Below are positions 10,501-19,985 of a DNA stretch of 64,000 nt, piece by piece; within the stretch, counting starts at the first letter, position 1; each line of letters begins with the position of its first letter. The stretch covers positions 1 to 64,000 of the forward strand of contig CAWBNQ010000002.1 of assembly GCA_963790205.1 (NCBI GenBank), read 5' to 3'. The notes under the pieces were generated by a model. It had not been told where the DNA came from. It saw only the letters and a list, made by a program, of their open reading frames with translations, and did no database searches. Both the position numbers and the translations under genes were made by a program. This DNA comes from Nitrospirota bacterium. GTDB taxonomy: Bacteria; Nitrospirota; UBA9217.

Positions 10501-11575
10501 TGTCGGTGACCTTTACCGGCATGCCGTTGGTGTCGAACTCTACGGTACGGGTCTGGGTGTTCAGAAGATTGCCTGAACTGTCTTTGATGGAAGTGGTCAT
10601 GATGGTCTTTTGGTACGGTATGGTATACGCGAAATTGATGATGCCGGTCCCGTGGGCCTGGCTCGTGACCCTCCCTGTTGAGTCATAGCTGTTGATATAT
10701 GCCCCGCTCCCTTCGTCGATGCTGGTGATAAGGTGCTTTCTGGTGGCGTCGGTATATCCATAGGTGGAGCTTCCATTTGGTCCTGAAGCTGAGGTAAGGT
10801 TGCCGATAGTGTCATGGGTGTAACTCACCGTCCGGCCGATGCTGTCCTGGATATCCGTGAGCCTGCCGGTCGTGCTGTCGTATTGGAGCTCAACCCAGTT
10901 GCCGGTGAGGTTGCCCGCGGCGTTTTTTTCTTCGATCTTGCTCAGGTGGTAGTCGGAGGAGTCGATGATGGGGTTCGTTTGATCGATGTTATACGGCAGA
11001 AGGCCCCAGAGAAACTCCCTTGTCGATAAACTGTAGCTAAAAACCAGGGAGTTGCCCGTGGCATCGGCCATGCTCACGACCCTGCCCTGGGGGTCGTACT
11101 TTTCCGTCTCGCCGTTTTTGTCGGTGTAAGTGTAAGAGCCGTCGGGGTTCTGGACGAGGATGCCGGTGTCGCTTGTTGAACCGGTGTACCCGGAAATGCT
11201 CCAGGTAAACCGCTTCTTCCCGCCGCATTCTCTCCTGACCGTGATGGAGCCGTCAGGATAGGTGTACAGGCGCTTGTCGTAATTTAGTCCCCAGCCGTAA
11301 CCGAGCGGGCTGTCGTAGGAGGTGCGGCTGTTGTAGCTGCGCGTAACGTTAATGGGGTAAAAGCGCCCGAGGGTGAGGTCCGTGCTCGGCGCGTAGGTCT
11401 CCATGCCTGAAAGCAGGCTTATGGGCTTGCCGCCGAAAGCGGGGTTGTTGCCGCTTTTGCTACCCGCAATGCAGAAAAGATCGGGCGGGTTGTCTTCATC
11501 ATACGCGGCGTATGCGGGTACTGCGAACGAAATAAAGAGTATGACGAACAGTAATTTATATAATACCCGATGCAT
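7589..11575 (-). CDS. Rhs/YD-repeat polymorphic toxin with Sec signal peptide
   Basis: Signal peptide ending PAYAA, many YD repeats, core RFPGQYFDAETGLNYNYFRDYNP, PGAFTDLRGL cleavage motif, AT-rich Cys-rich C-terminal tip. Confidence 0.95.
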   Translation of the reverse strand: MHRVLYKLLFVILFISFAVPAYAAYDEDNPPDLFCIAGSKSGNNPAFGGKPISLLSGMETYAPSTDLTLGRFYPINVTRSYNSRTSYDSPLGYGWGLNYDKRLYTYPDGSITVRRECGGKKRFTWSISGYTGSTSDTGILVQNPDGSYTYTDKNGETEKYDPQGRVVSMADATGNSLVFSYSLSTREFLWGLLPYNIDQTNPIIDSSDYHLSKIEEKNAAGNLTGNWVELQYDSTTGRLTDIQDSIGRTVSYTHDTIGNLTSASGPNGSSTYGYTDATRKHLITSIDEGSGAYINSYDSTGRVTSQAHGTGIINFAYTIPYQKTIMTTSIKDSSGNLLNTQTRTVEFDTNGMPVKVTDTFGNITTYVRDNNTTWILQEGHTDIVSGGTTTTAYTYDSKGNVLTKTEAQGTSIEKTTTWTYDPVFSKVLTETITSVVNPAQNKVTTNSYDNNGNLLTTTETGLLGDSTAYSYTTTYGYDANGRIASIDGPRTDVQDVTTYNYDSTTGYLASVTQPIIGSTTYSSFDPLGNPQTVTDPNGNSTAYTYDTLGRVLTVKAPGDTAATQYFYVSGGGSCPSCSGANKIDHITLPEGNTIWYTYDTMGNLATIKDSLNNTINYTYDSEGNKLTEQINDSTGSLQKTLSYQYDALDRLTKIVNPDNTFTQYAYDSRGNRVSIQNPKSAISAYSYDALSRLTSVVQPGSVTTSYGYSSGNNLTSVIDANNNTTTYKYDDKGRVYQVISPDTGTMTYWYDPAGNLVSKTDAKGITVSNTYDAANRLTRIHFPSDGDVVYAYDSCVNGKGRLCSMTDASGTTAYEYSAKGQIKKETRTIDSIQYVTQYSYDQNGNLKTQTEPTGEVITYNYSNDKAISVLDNAANLATSINYKPFGGISSLSYGNGVAGSISYDNQYRVTGITAGSVMNLSYPTYDANGNIMAINNALDPTKNKSFTYDALDRLSTATASGIWGSLSWTYDGVGNRQAENSNSYTYNTGTNKLSSANGLSYGFDNNGNTTSQGARQYTYNQNQRLAQVVDGAMTATYTYNGNGQRVKKIVNGTTTIFHYDQRGQLIAESNAAGAFTAVYVYLNGQPLAKIEGTSVYYYHNDALGTPQKMTDSTGAVVWAADYNPFGEATITVSTITNNLRFPGQYFDAETGLNYNYFRDYNPAIGRYIEADPIGLRGGNNLYIYARQNPGAFTDLRGLEPCEQVTDWNEIPVLKNSNSISTCGASSLRSKWAPDGYQQDGLMNCLCYWKLISVERVYTERCFTEQAQFKCKKKKKCGKETTYTVTRTRQGREFGEWVVPEYPVIANLTAQTKGTWTDNGCHCLDPDGN

Positions 11576-11642
11576 GAAGACCTCCGTAAGAACTGAAAAA
11601 GCTTAATTGTAAAAGGACATTATTTTCTCAGCCAAAAATCTG

Positions 11643-12110
11643 CTATTTACCTCCACCCCCATTGCTGGGGTCGCAGCAACGATCCGTGACCCCGCAGCAG
11701 GGGTCCTTGCTGTCACAGCAGGGATTACCTGCATCGATGCAGCAAGGAGCACTCGGATTTGGGCAGCATGGGTCAGTCGGATCACAAGGTGTAGGTGTGC
11801 AAAACCAAATAGCACTTTCATCAGAGCACTCAGGGCTACTTTTGCCAGGGGGGGTAACTTCGAACTTAGCATACACCAAGCCAACAGCTGTGCATGGCCA
11901 TCCCTTCGGATCCCAATAAACAGTATCCGTACCGCAATTTGTTGGCCAATATGAGTTTATAAAATCTATCGATTCGTACGCACTCTCGCAGCACCATGCG
12001 CTGTAGCCCATAGCTGAACATCCCCAAACACACTCAGCTTGAACTTTTTGGGAAATGAGAGAGAGACAAAATACTAAGAACACTAATAATCCCTTTTTTA
12101 AGGTAGACAT
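11643..12110 (-). CDS. Secreted Cys-rich protein with (D/N)PCC repeats
   Basis: ATG after AAGGGGGG RBS; signal peptide ending KVQA; C-terminal DPCC/APCC/NPCC/DPCC/DRCC. Confidence 0.75.
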   Translation of the reverse strand: MSTLKKGLLVFLVFCLSLISQKVQAECVWGCSAMGYSAWCCESAYESIDFINSYWPTNCGTDTVYWDPKGWPCTAVGLVYAKFEVTPPGKSSPECSDESAIWFCTPTPCDPTDPCCPNPSAPCCIDAGNPCCDSKDPCCGVTDRCCDPSNGGGGK

Positions 12111-12343
12111 GGATAACCCCCCTTGCAACGATACTTGTATTGATAAATTTTCAGCACCTGTTCCATCTCGGTAGTACAGTTCTCATGACTGTAACCGTTC
12201 TCAGACCAAAGACTGCATGTTGCATACGCTGATTTTAGCGGAACAGACAGGCACAGCAATATCCAGAGCAGGAAAAGGACGCTTTTTCGCCGGAGATGTC
12301 TAGGCATGAATGAATCAAGCATATCTTTTATCCGTAGTGCCAT
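12098..12343 (-). CDS. Small secreted Cys-containing hypothetical protein
   Basis: GGAG RBS, basic-hydrophobic signal peptide ending SAYA, short mature part with 4 Cys. Confidence 0.55.
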   Translation of the reverse strand: MALRIKDMLDSFMPRHLRRKSVLFLLWILLCLSVPLKSAYATCSLWSENGYSHENCTTEMEQVLKIYQYKYRCKGGYPCLP

Positions 12344-12400
12344 GAAAACTCCGGTTCATATTTAATTGAAGCAGCAGCACCGACATAATACAAGATGCTA

Positions 12401-15400
12401 TTAATTCCCGATCATCAAATTTCCTCTTATTGTCGAATTCGACCCGGTAACGGGGTTCACGGCCGTGACCGTGACCATGTAGTTGCCTTCCCCGGAAAAC
12501 AGGGCTTTCATTCCGTTGGTATCCGCCGGGTCCAAATCGTTCCAGTCAAGCTCCTGCGGACCGGCCGTCTGAAGCTGGGTATTAGCCACGGTAATCGCCG
12601 ACCCGGAAGGCGAGACGAGTTGTATCGTGACATTCGAGTCCCGCGAGAGCGTATACTCGATTCGCGTAAACTGGCCGTAGGACAGGCTCATTGCGTAAGG
12701 ATCGGTCTTGAGTGCGCTTATCACGGGGGTATCCCCGGTCGTGATGATATGGTTCTCCTCAAGAAGAGACGCAATCGAGCACGAGGCGCCTGCACCGTAA
12801 TCCAGAAGTTGACCGCTCGGGTTCCTGACGTCCCAGACGTAGCTATGGCTCCCGGGCGTTGCCGGGAAGGCGGTCAGGACATTGAAGTTCTGCGACCCCC
12901 AGGATATGCTGACAGTCACCCGTGAAGGCAATGACGGCGTGTAAGTTATCGTCATGGGCTGATTGGTCAAAGGATCGGCGCCCGACGACTGCGAGCAGGT
13001 CACGCTCCCAGTCCCCGTTGGCGCGGGCGGGCTGTAACTGTCTGACTTAACGCCGTCCGATGCCCCTAACACGTAGAGATACGCCTCATCCGGTACAACC
13101 TTGCCCGTGTTGTCCGTACCGTTCCAAGTGAAAGAATACGCGCCTGCCGCATAGGCTTGAGAAGCCTGGTATACCGGCGTGCCGGTCGGACCCTGCTTTT
13201 CAGGTATGATCGATAGCGTAACGGTTGCCGGCTCGTTGATGGTGAAGGATATGGCACTGGATTCGGAGTTGTTGGTATTAAGCGTATGACTGCTTGCTCC
13301 GATGTTCGAGAGAATCAGGTTGTCCGTGCTTACCGGGACTATTGATATGGAACTGTTGCCTGCCTTGTCCGTTGCAGTGAGTCTCAAGGCATAGCCGCCG
13401 TTCTGGACCAGGACCGCGTTCGTCTGGTCGTTCGTGACCCAGGTGGCGAGCGTTCCGCCGCTGACCGGTGTTGTTGCGCCGGATATAAGGGTCCAGGGGC
13501 CGGCTCCTGCTGCGAGCCCGTATTCCAGCCGGTAATTATCGAGGTTCGTATCGGACGCCGTGCCCAGAACCTGCACAATATCGCGGAGCACTGCGCTCGC
13601 GACCGGAGAGGATATGGCGGCCATGGGCGGCGTAGTATCCACGATGATGTTTCCGGTCATCGAGACGGCCTGTACGCTGGTTTCGGTGCTCGTTGCATCG
13701 ATCCGGTAGGTATACGTTCCATCCGGCACGACGGTCCCGGTGCTGTCATTGCCGTCCCAAGACTGGGCCATTGAAGTCCCCGTGCCGGTATACGTCCTGA
13801 CAGTTGCCGCCGAGGAGTCGTTGATGGTGATGGTCCACGCGCTCAGGTAGGTGAAGGCAGCACTGATTGTCGTCGTGTCTTTTATATTGTCTCCGTTGGG
13901 CGATATATAGCCTTCAGAAGCTGCCGCATTCTGCGTCCAAAGAAGCCGTACGCGCGCTGTGTCTACAACCACATTCCCGGCGTTGTCCGTGACCGTTAGC
14001 CGGAGCGTGTACATGCCGCTGGTAAGTGACGTCGTGTCCCAGGCGTAGATCAGGCCGTCCGTGACCGGCGTGGTCGATGTTTTGAGTGTCGTCCAGGAAG
14101 CCGGGTCCCCGCCGACGCCGTAATCGAGGGTATAGGTCTTGAGTCCGTTGGGGTCCGAGGCCGTGCCGGTTACGCTGATCAAAGCGCCGCCCTGGAACAT
14201 CTGATCGTCAGCAGGCGGGTCCATGTAGACGATCGGAACCACGCTCGAAACCATGATCATGCCCTGGGGCGATGACGCGGTGTTGCCGTTTGTTGGGTCA
14301 ACGGCGTTAATCTGATAAAAGTACGCCCCGTCGGCCACTTTTACCGCCTGACTGTTCGTGCCGTACCATTTCTGTTTGATGGCCGTACCGGTCCCGGTAA
14401 AGGCATTTACCGCGTTGTTGTTTGCGTCGGTGATCGTGATGGTCCAGGTGGCGGAACTCGATATGGAGGCCGTAAAAGTAACGTAGCCGCCGTTGGGGTT
14501 CAGCGATATGGGCATGGCCCTCGCCTCGGTGATGCTTAAGACCGTACCCGGAGCCTGGCCGAGCCAAGGGTTGTACAGTACGTGATCGTTGATGGCATCC
14601 CCTCTACCGCCTGCGTTGCCTACGGTGTATGTCGGCCCGCTCGCTACTCCCCACCAGTTGTCGCGAGCGTCGACGTCGGGAGAGGTCGATGCGTTCCAGG
14701 CGCCGGCCGTGGTGTTGGAGTAAATTTTCGTGTTGGTGATGTACGGATTGGAGCCGGTGGAGTAAACGCCCCATTTGTTTCCCGTGAGCTCGCTGTCCAT
14801 GATCACGGGATAGTTCGTCGAGCCCGTCACGTAAACGCCGCTTCCGGCGCTGTTTCTGATAAGGCAGTTTCTGAGGATTGGAGCGGAAGAGCTAATGGTG
14901 AGATCGGCGTTGTTATAATTTGCTCCGGAACCCGCGTATTCAATGGTCGTGTATTCAATGTCGCTTGCTGAAGAAGCTCCTCCAGAGAGCGTGACGCCAT
15001 ACCAATTCCCGGGTGCGGGTGTGGTCTGGCTTGAGGTGAAGAGGATGCTATTGCCTGCCGCGCCTTTGGCGATAAGCGCGCCCATAGAGGAGCCGCTGCC
15101 GATTTGCATGCTTGTACCGGTGTTAAATTTTATCACGGCGCCGGAGTCGATAGTGAGGGTGGCTGTTGTTGTCGTATCTTTATAGACATAAATTGTACCT
15201 AATACGACATATGGCGCCGTCCACTTTTGCCAGTGAGTGTTCTGATTTATGGTTTCGCCTACAACCTCGATCCTGCCCGCGGAGGTCATGTTGTTTACCG
15301 TGTTGTTGTTCAAAATCTGACCGATGATGTTCGCCCCGGAATGGATCGGAGAGTTGTCTGCGTTCGTGAAGGTGTTGCCGGTGATGGTCGGCGTGATGCC

Positions 15401-18400
15401 GGTTGAGCCGATGTACAAGCCATTGGCAATGGCTGAATTGGTAACAGACAGCACGGACGAAGTAGAAGATAAATATAATCCGTAATGGGCCGCTGTATTT
15501 ACAATGGAGACATTGTAGTTTGAGATGACTGGCGAGCCGTTCCCGTAAATCCCATACCCTGTCGCACTTGAGTTCGTCAGGCTGCCATTGGTTATGGTCG
15601 GAGAGGAGGATGAAAGATATATGCCATAGGCCCCGTTGTTCGTGATCGTCACCGTGTCCAATACCGGATTCGAGGAGCTTAAATTTAGTCCGTAGCCTGT
15701 GACATTTGTGATCGTGCTGTTCCTGATCGTCGGCGAGGCCGAGGTCATAGATACCCCGGTGCTGTACTGAATATCCACATATTCGAGGTCCGTTGTTCCG
15801 TCAATCGTGCCGTCGTTAAAGATAAGACCTGACCAGGTCCCGCTCGTTCCGCTCCGAGTGAACATGATGTGATTCGCCGCTGTTCCCTGCGCTACGAGCG
15901 CGCCCTGGCTCGCGCCGTTGCCGACCTGCAAACCGCTGCTGGAAGCAAACTTGACGGTCACTCCCGGATCGATGGTGAGCGTGGCGGGTCCCGTCGTGTC
16001 CTTGTAGACTTGGACCGTACCCGAGACCACATACGGCGCAGGCCATACCGTCCAGTGGGCATCCTGTTTCACCTGCTCGCCCACGATCTGGATCTGCCCT
16101 GCCGAGGTCATACCGTTTATGGTATTGCTGCTCAATATCTGCGCGATGATGTTCGCTCCAGCATGGATCGGCGAGGTATCCACGTTCGTGAAGGTGTTGC
16201 CGGTGATGGTCGGAGTGATGCCGGTTGAGCCGATGTAAATGCCGTTCCCGATCGTGGAATTGGTGATGGACATCGCCGAGGTTGCGCTACTCATGTATAC
16301 GCCGTAATAGTTGGCGGTATTGACGATGGAGACATTATAGTTCGAGATGACCGGCGAGCCGCTTCCGTAAATCCCGTGACCGGTTGGGCTCGAGTTCGTA
16401 AGGCTGCCGTTTGTGATGACAGGTGAGGATGAATTAAGATTAATTCCGTAGGTCCCGGCGCAAGAAATGGTCACGGTATTCAAAACGGGGTTCGAGGAGT
16501 TTAAAGTTAGCCCATAGCCGGTCACATTCGTGATGGTGCTGTTCCTGATGGTGGGCGAGGCCGAGTTCATGGTTACCCCGGTGCTGTACTGAATGTCCAC
16601 ATATTCGAGGTCCGTCGTACCGGCTATGGTCCCGGCCTGGAAGTTGAGCCCATACCAGTTCCCGCTCGTGCCGCTCCGGGTGAACGTGATATGGTTCGCA
16701 GCAGTTCCCTGCGCCACAAGCGCTCCCTGACTTGCGCTGTAGCCGATTTGAAGGCTCGAGTATGAGTTGAACTGCACGGTGACCCCCGGATCGATCGTAA
16801 GCGTTGCCGGCCCCGTCGTGTCCTTGTAGACTTGAACCGTGCCCGAGACTACGACGTACGGTGCAGGCCATACCGTCCAGTGGGCGTCCTGCTTTACCTG
16901 CTCGCCCACGACCTGGATCTGCCCCGCCGAGGTCATACCGTTTATGGTGTTGCTGCTCAATATCTGCGCGATGATGTTCGCGCCGGCATGCATCGGCGAG
17001 TTGTCTACGTTCGTGAAAGTGTTGCCGGTGATGGTCGGCGCAATCCCGGTCGAGCCGATGTACAAGCCGTTGGCAATCGTGGAGCTTGTCAGGGAAAACG
17101 CCGATGTTGTGCTGCTCATGTATACGCCATAGTTAGCGGTGTTGCCAACGGAGACCGAGTAATTTGAAATTATCGGCGCGCCACTTCCGTAAATACCGTA
17201 CCCTGTCGCGCTTGAGTTCGTCAGGCTGCCATTGGTGATCACAGGTGATGAGGAGGATGAAAGATATATACCGTAGGTTCCGGCGCAAGAAATGGTCACG
17301 GTATCCAAAACAGGGTTCGAGGAGTTGAAAGTCAGCCCATTGCCGGTCACATTTGTGATCGTGCTGTTCCTGATAGTGGGCGAGGCCGAGGTCATAGATA
17401 CCCCGGTGCTGTACTGAACGTCCACATATTCGAGGTCCGTTGTACTGGCTGTGGTCCCGGCTTGGAAGTTGAGCCCGTACCAGTTCCCGCTCGTGCCGCT
17501 CCGGGTGAAGGTAATGTGGCTTGCTGCCGTTCCCCGCGCCACGAGCGCTCCCTGGCTCGTGCTGGTGCCGACCTGCAAATTGCTGCTCGAAGCAAACTTG
17601 ACCGTCACTCCGGGATCGATAGTAAGCGTTGCGGGTCCCGTTGTGTCCTTGTACACGGAGACTGTGCCCGAGACGACAACATACGGCGCAGGCCATACCG
17701 TCCAGTGGGCATCCTGATTCACTTGCTCGCCCACGACCTCGATCCTGCCCGCAGAGGTCATTCCATTGATCGTGTTGCTGTTCAGTATAGGGATTATGAT
17801 GTTTGCCCCGGCATGCATCGGTGAACTGTCTACGTTCGTGAAGGTGTTACCGGTGATCGTCGGTGCGATTCCAGTTTGATTAATATACAAACCGTTCGCG
17901 ACGGTGGAGCTCGTCAGGGAGAGCGCCGATGTCGTGCTGCTCAAGTAGAAGCCGTAGTAATTAGTTGCATTGACGATGGAAACGTTGTAGTTCGAGATGA
18001 CCGGCGAGCCAGTCCCGTAAATCCCGTGGCCGGTCGGACTGGAATTCGTAAGGCTGCCGTTGGTTATGGTCGGGGAAGATGATGAAAGGTAGATGCCGTA
18101 GGTGCTGGTGTTTGCTATGGTGACGGTGTCGAGCGTGGGATTTGAACTGCTGAGACTGACGTAGCCGGTCAGGTTGGTTATGGTACTGTTCCTGATCGTC
18201 GGCGAGGCCGAGGTCATGGTTACCCCGGTGCTGTACTGGACATCGGCATATGCTAGTATCGTCATACTGCTCACCGTGCCGCTGTTGAAAGTGACACCGG
18301 ACCACGTCCCGCTTGTCCCGCTCCGGGTAAAGGTGATGTGATTCGCCGCTGTTCCCTGCGCCGCGAGCGCGCCCTGGCTCGTGCCGTTGCCGACCGTCAA

Positions 18401-19549
18401 GCCGCTGCCTGAAGCAAACTTGACCGTCACACCGGGATCAATGGTGAGCGTGGCTGGGCCCGTCGTGTCCTTGTAGACCTGGACCGTGCCAGAGACCACG
18501 ACATACGGCGCAGGCCATACCGTCCAGTGGGCGTCCTGCTTCATCTGCTCGCCCACGATCTCAATCTGCCCTGCCGGGGTGATGCCGTTTATGGTATTGC
18601 CGCTCAATATCTGCGCGATGATGTTCGCGCCCGCATGCATGTGTGAACTGTCAACGTTCGTGAAGGTGTTGCCGGTGATGGTCGGAGTGATGACGGTTGA
18701 GCCGATGTAAATGCCGTTCCCGATCGTGGAATTGGTGATGGACATCGCCGACGTCGTGCTGCTCATGTAGACGCCGTAATAGCTGGCGGTATTTACGATA
18801 GAAACAGAATAGTTCGAGATGACCGGCGAGCCGCTTCCGTAGATCCCGTGGCCGGTTGGGCTTGAGTTTGTTAGGCTGCCCCCCGTGATGGTTGGCGAGG
18901 AGGACGAGAGATAAATGCCATAGCTTCCAGTGTTGGTAATAGTCACGGTATCGAGCGTGGGGTTTGAACTGCTGAGACTGACGTAGCCGCTGAGGCTGGT
19001 TATGGTGCTGTTCCTGATCGTCGGCGAGGCCGAGGTCATGGTTACCCCGGTGCTGTACTGAACGTCCACATATTCCAGGTCCGTCGTACTATCTATTGTC
19101 CCGTCTTGGAAGTTGAGACCGTTCCAAGTCCCGCTCGTTCCGCTCCGGGTGAAGGTGATGTGGTTCGCTGCTGTTCCCTGCGCCGCGAGCGCGCCCTGGC
19201 TCGTGCCGTTGCCGATTTGAAGGCTCGTGCCGGAGTTAAACTTCACCACGACGCCCGGCTCGATTGTGAGCGTTACGGGGGATGTGGAAGTACCGTAAAC
19301 CTGTACTGTCGAGGTAACGACATAAGGACTGTTCGCAAACGTCCAGGCAGTGTCGGAAGATATCCGGCCGCCGACGCTGGTGTCGGCAAAGGAAGGTGTA
19401 TTATAAAACACGAGCGCAAAGAAGAATAATAAGGTGATCCCGAACCTGCTTCTGATTCTTATGGTTTCACCGCCATCCGGCCGGAACCTGCTTGCGCATC
19501 TGCCCATGTGACATTGTCCACCCATATATCCTCCCCGGGGAAAGATCAT
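12401..19549 (-). CDS. Large secreted surface protein: tandem parallel beta-helix repeats and C-terminal FlgD-like Ig domains
   Basis: About five ~275-aa Ser/Thr/Asn/Gly-rich repeats; repeated WDGxDxxGxxVxDGxYxY motifs; signal peptide ending PSFA; start codon uncertain. Confidence 0.88.
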   Translation of the reverse strand: MIFPRGGYMGGQCHMGRCASRFRPDGGETIRIRSRFGITLLFFFALVFYNTPSFADTSVGGRISSDTAWTFANSPYVVTSTVQVYGTSTSPVTLTIEPGVVVKFNSGTSLQIGNGTSQGALAAQGTAANHITFTRSGTSGTWNGLNFQDGTIDSTTDLEYVDVQYSTGVTMTSASPTIRNSTITSLSGYVSLSSSNPTLDTVTITNTGSYGIYLSSSSPTITGGSLTNSSPTGHGIYGSGSPVISNYSVSIVNTASYYGVYMSSTTSAMSITNSTIGNGIYIGSTVITPTITGNTFTNVDSSHMHAGANIIAQILSGNTINGITPAGQIEIVGEQMKQDAHWTVWPAPYVVVSGTVQVYKDTTGPATLTIDPGVTVKFASGSGLTVGNGTSQGALAAQGTAANHITFTRSGTSGTWSGVTFNSGTVSSMTILAYADVQYSTGVTMTSASPTIRNSTITNLTGYVSLSSSNPTLDTVTIANTSTYGIYLSSSSPTITNGSLTNSSPTGHGIYGTGSPVISNYNVSIVNATNYYGFYLSSTTSALSLTSSTVANGLYINQTGIAPTITGNTFTNVDSSPMHAGANIIIPILNSNTINGMTSAGRIEVVGEQVNQDAHWTVWPAPYVVVSGTVSVYKDTTGPATLTIDPGVTVKFASSSNLQVGTSTSQGALVARGTAASHITFTRSGTSGNWYGLNFQAGTTASTTDLEYVDVQYSTGVSMTSASPTIRNSTITNVTGNGLTFNSSNPVLDTVTISCAGTYGIYLSSSSSPVITNGSLTNSSATGYGIYGSGAPIISNYSVSVGNTANYGVYMSSTTSAFSLTSSTIANGLYIGSTGIAPTITGNTFTNVDNSPMHAGANIIAQILSSNTINGMTSAGQIQVVGEQVKQDAHWTVWPAPYVVVSGTVQVYKDTTGPATLTIDPGVTVQFNSYSSLQIGYSASQGALVAQGTAANHITFTRSGTSGNWYGLNFQAGTIAGTTDLEYVDIQYSTGVTMNSASPTIRNSTITNVTGYGLTLNSSNPVLNTVTISCAGTYGINLNSSSPVITNGSLTNSSPTGHGIYGSGSPVISNYNVSIVNTANYYGVYMSSATSAMSITNSTIGNGIYIGSTGITPTITGNTFTNVDTSPIHAGANIIAQILSSNTINGMTSAGQIQIVGEQVKQDAHWTVWPAPYVVSGTVQVYKDTTGPATLTIDPGVTVKFASSSGLQVGNGASQGALVAQGTAANHIMFTRSGTSGTWSGLIFNDGTIDGTTDLEYVDIQYSTGVSMTSASPTIRNSTITNVTGYGLNLSSSNPVLDTVTITNNGAYGIYLSSSSPTITNGSLTNSSATGYGIYGNGSPVISNYNVSIVNTAAHYGLYLSSTSSVLSVTNSAIANGLYIGSTGITPTITGNTFTNADNSPIHSGANIIGQILNNNTVNNMTSAGRIEVVGETINQNTHWQKWTAPYVVLGTIYVYKDTTTTATLTIDSGAVIKFNTGTSMQIGSGSSMGALIAKGAAGNSILFTSSQTTPAPGNWYGVTLSGGASSASDIEYTTIEYAGSGANYNNADLTISSSAPILRNCLIRNSAGSGVYVTGSTNYPVIMDSELTGNKWGVYSTGSNPYITNTKIYSNTTAGAWNASTSPDVDARDNWWGVASGPTYTVGNAGGRGDAINDHVLYNPWLGQAPGTVLSITEARAMPISLNPNGGYVTFTASISSSATWTITITDANNNAVNAFTGTGTAIKQKWYGTNSQAVKVADGAYFYQINAVDPTNGNTASSPQGMIMVSSVVPIVYMDPPADDQMFQGGALISVTGTASDPNGLKTYTLDYGVGGDPASWTTLKTSTTPVTDGLIYAWDTTSLTSGMYTLRLTVTDNAGNVVVDTARVRLLWTQNAAASEGYISPNGDNIKDTTTISAAFTYLSAWTITINDSSAATVRTYTGTGTSMAQSWDGNDSTGTVVPDGTYTYRIDATSTETSVQAVSMTGNIIVDTTPPMAAISSPVASAVLRDIVQVLGTASDTNLDNYRLEYGLAAGAGPWTLISGATTPVSGGTLATWVTNDQTNAVLVQNGGYALRLTATDKAGNSSISIVPVSTDNLILSNIGASSHTLNTNNSESSAISFTINEPATVTLSIIPEKQGPTGTPVYQASQAYAAGAYSFTWNGTDNTGKVVPDEAYLYVLGASDGVKSDSYSPPAPTGTGSVTCSQSSGADPLTNQPMTITYTPSLPSRVTVSISWGSQNFNVLTAFPATPGSHSYVWDVRNPSGQLLDYGAGASCSIASLLEENHIITTGDTPVISALKTDPYAMSLSYGQFTRIEYTLSRDSNVTIQLVSPSGSAITVANTQLQTAGPQELDWNDLDPADTNGMKALFSGEGNYMVTVTAVNPVTGSNSTIRGNLMIGN
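15200..19330 (-). repeat. Intragenic tandem repeats with 822-825 bp period
   Basis: GGCCATACCGTCCAGTGGGC at 16041, 16866, 17691 and 18513, with a diverged copy near 15215. Confidence 0.9.
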
Positions 19550-19726
19550 GAAGCTGAATGCCTTTTGCTGCCAGACGTCGGGTAGCGCGTGTTTGTTCTA
19601 TCAAGGAATCGGAGATGTGCCTGTGAACTGGATGGCTTTTATTCGAACTGATTTTTCGGTGTGAACACTGCGATATTTCAAGTATGCACAATTGTTATGA
19701 GATAGCATCTCTACACAAGAATGTCA

Positions 19727-19779
19727 ATTAGGAAAATCCCAAGTCGAAATCCCTAAGGGTCATTAGGAAAAACCTAATG
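19727..19779. promoter_or_regulatory. Candidate LuxR/NarL-family operator pair
   Basis: Palindrome CATTAGG-AAAAA-CCTAATG (19761-19779) and imperfect copy ATTAGGAAAATCCCAA (19727-19742) in the divergent intergenic region. Confidence 0.55.
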
Positions 19780-19985
19780 CGCTTTTATAAGCCACCTTTA
19801 CTCAATCAACTGTTTTTATTGAGATCTTACTTGACTTTGTCCGGATCAATCCATATACTCGCTGATAGGGAAGCTGCTTTTTGTCCTCGACTGACAAGCA
19901 GTCCCTATTCTTGTAATGAAGAGATCGGTCTTTCAAAAGGTCACCTGGTTTACACTTTCCGGACTACATCTAGGAGGGGAACAGG

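Noticed and set aside
15200..19330. Long repeats considered as CRISPR array or DGR template/variable pair
   Set aside because: In-frame coding repeats of about 825 bp; no cas or reverse transcriptase gene and no evident adenine-specific pattern.
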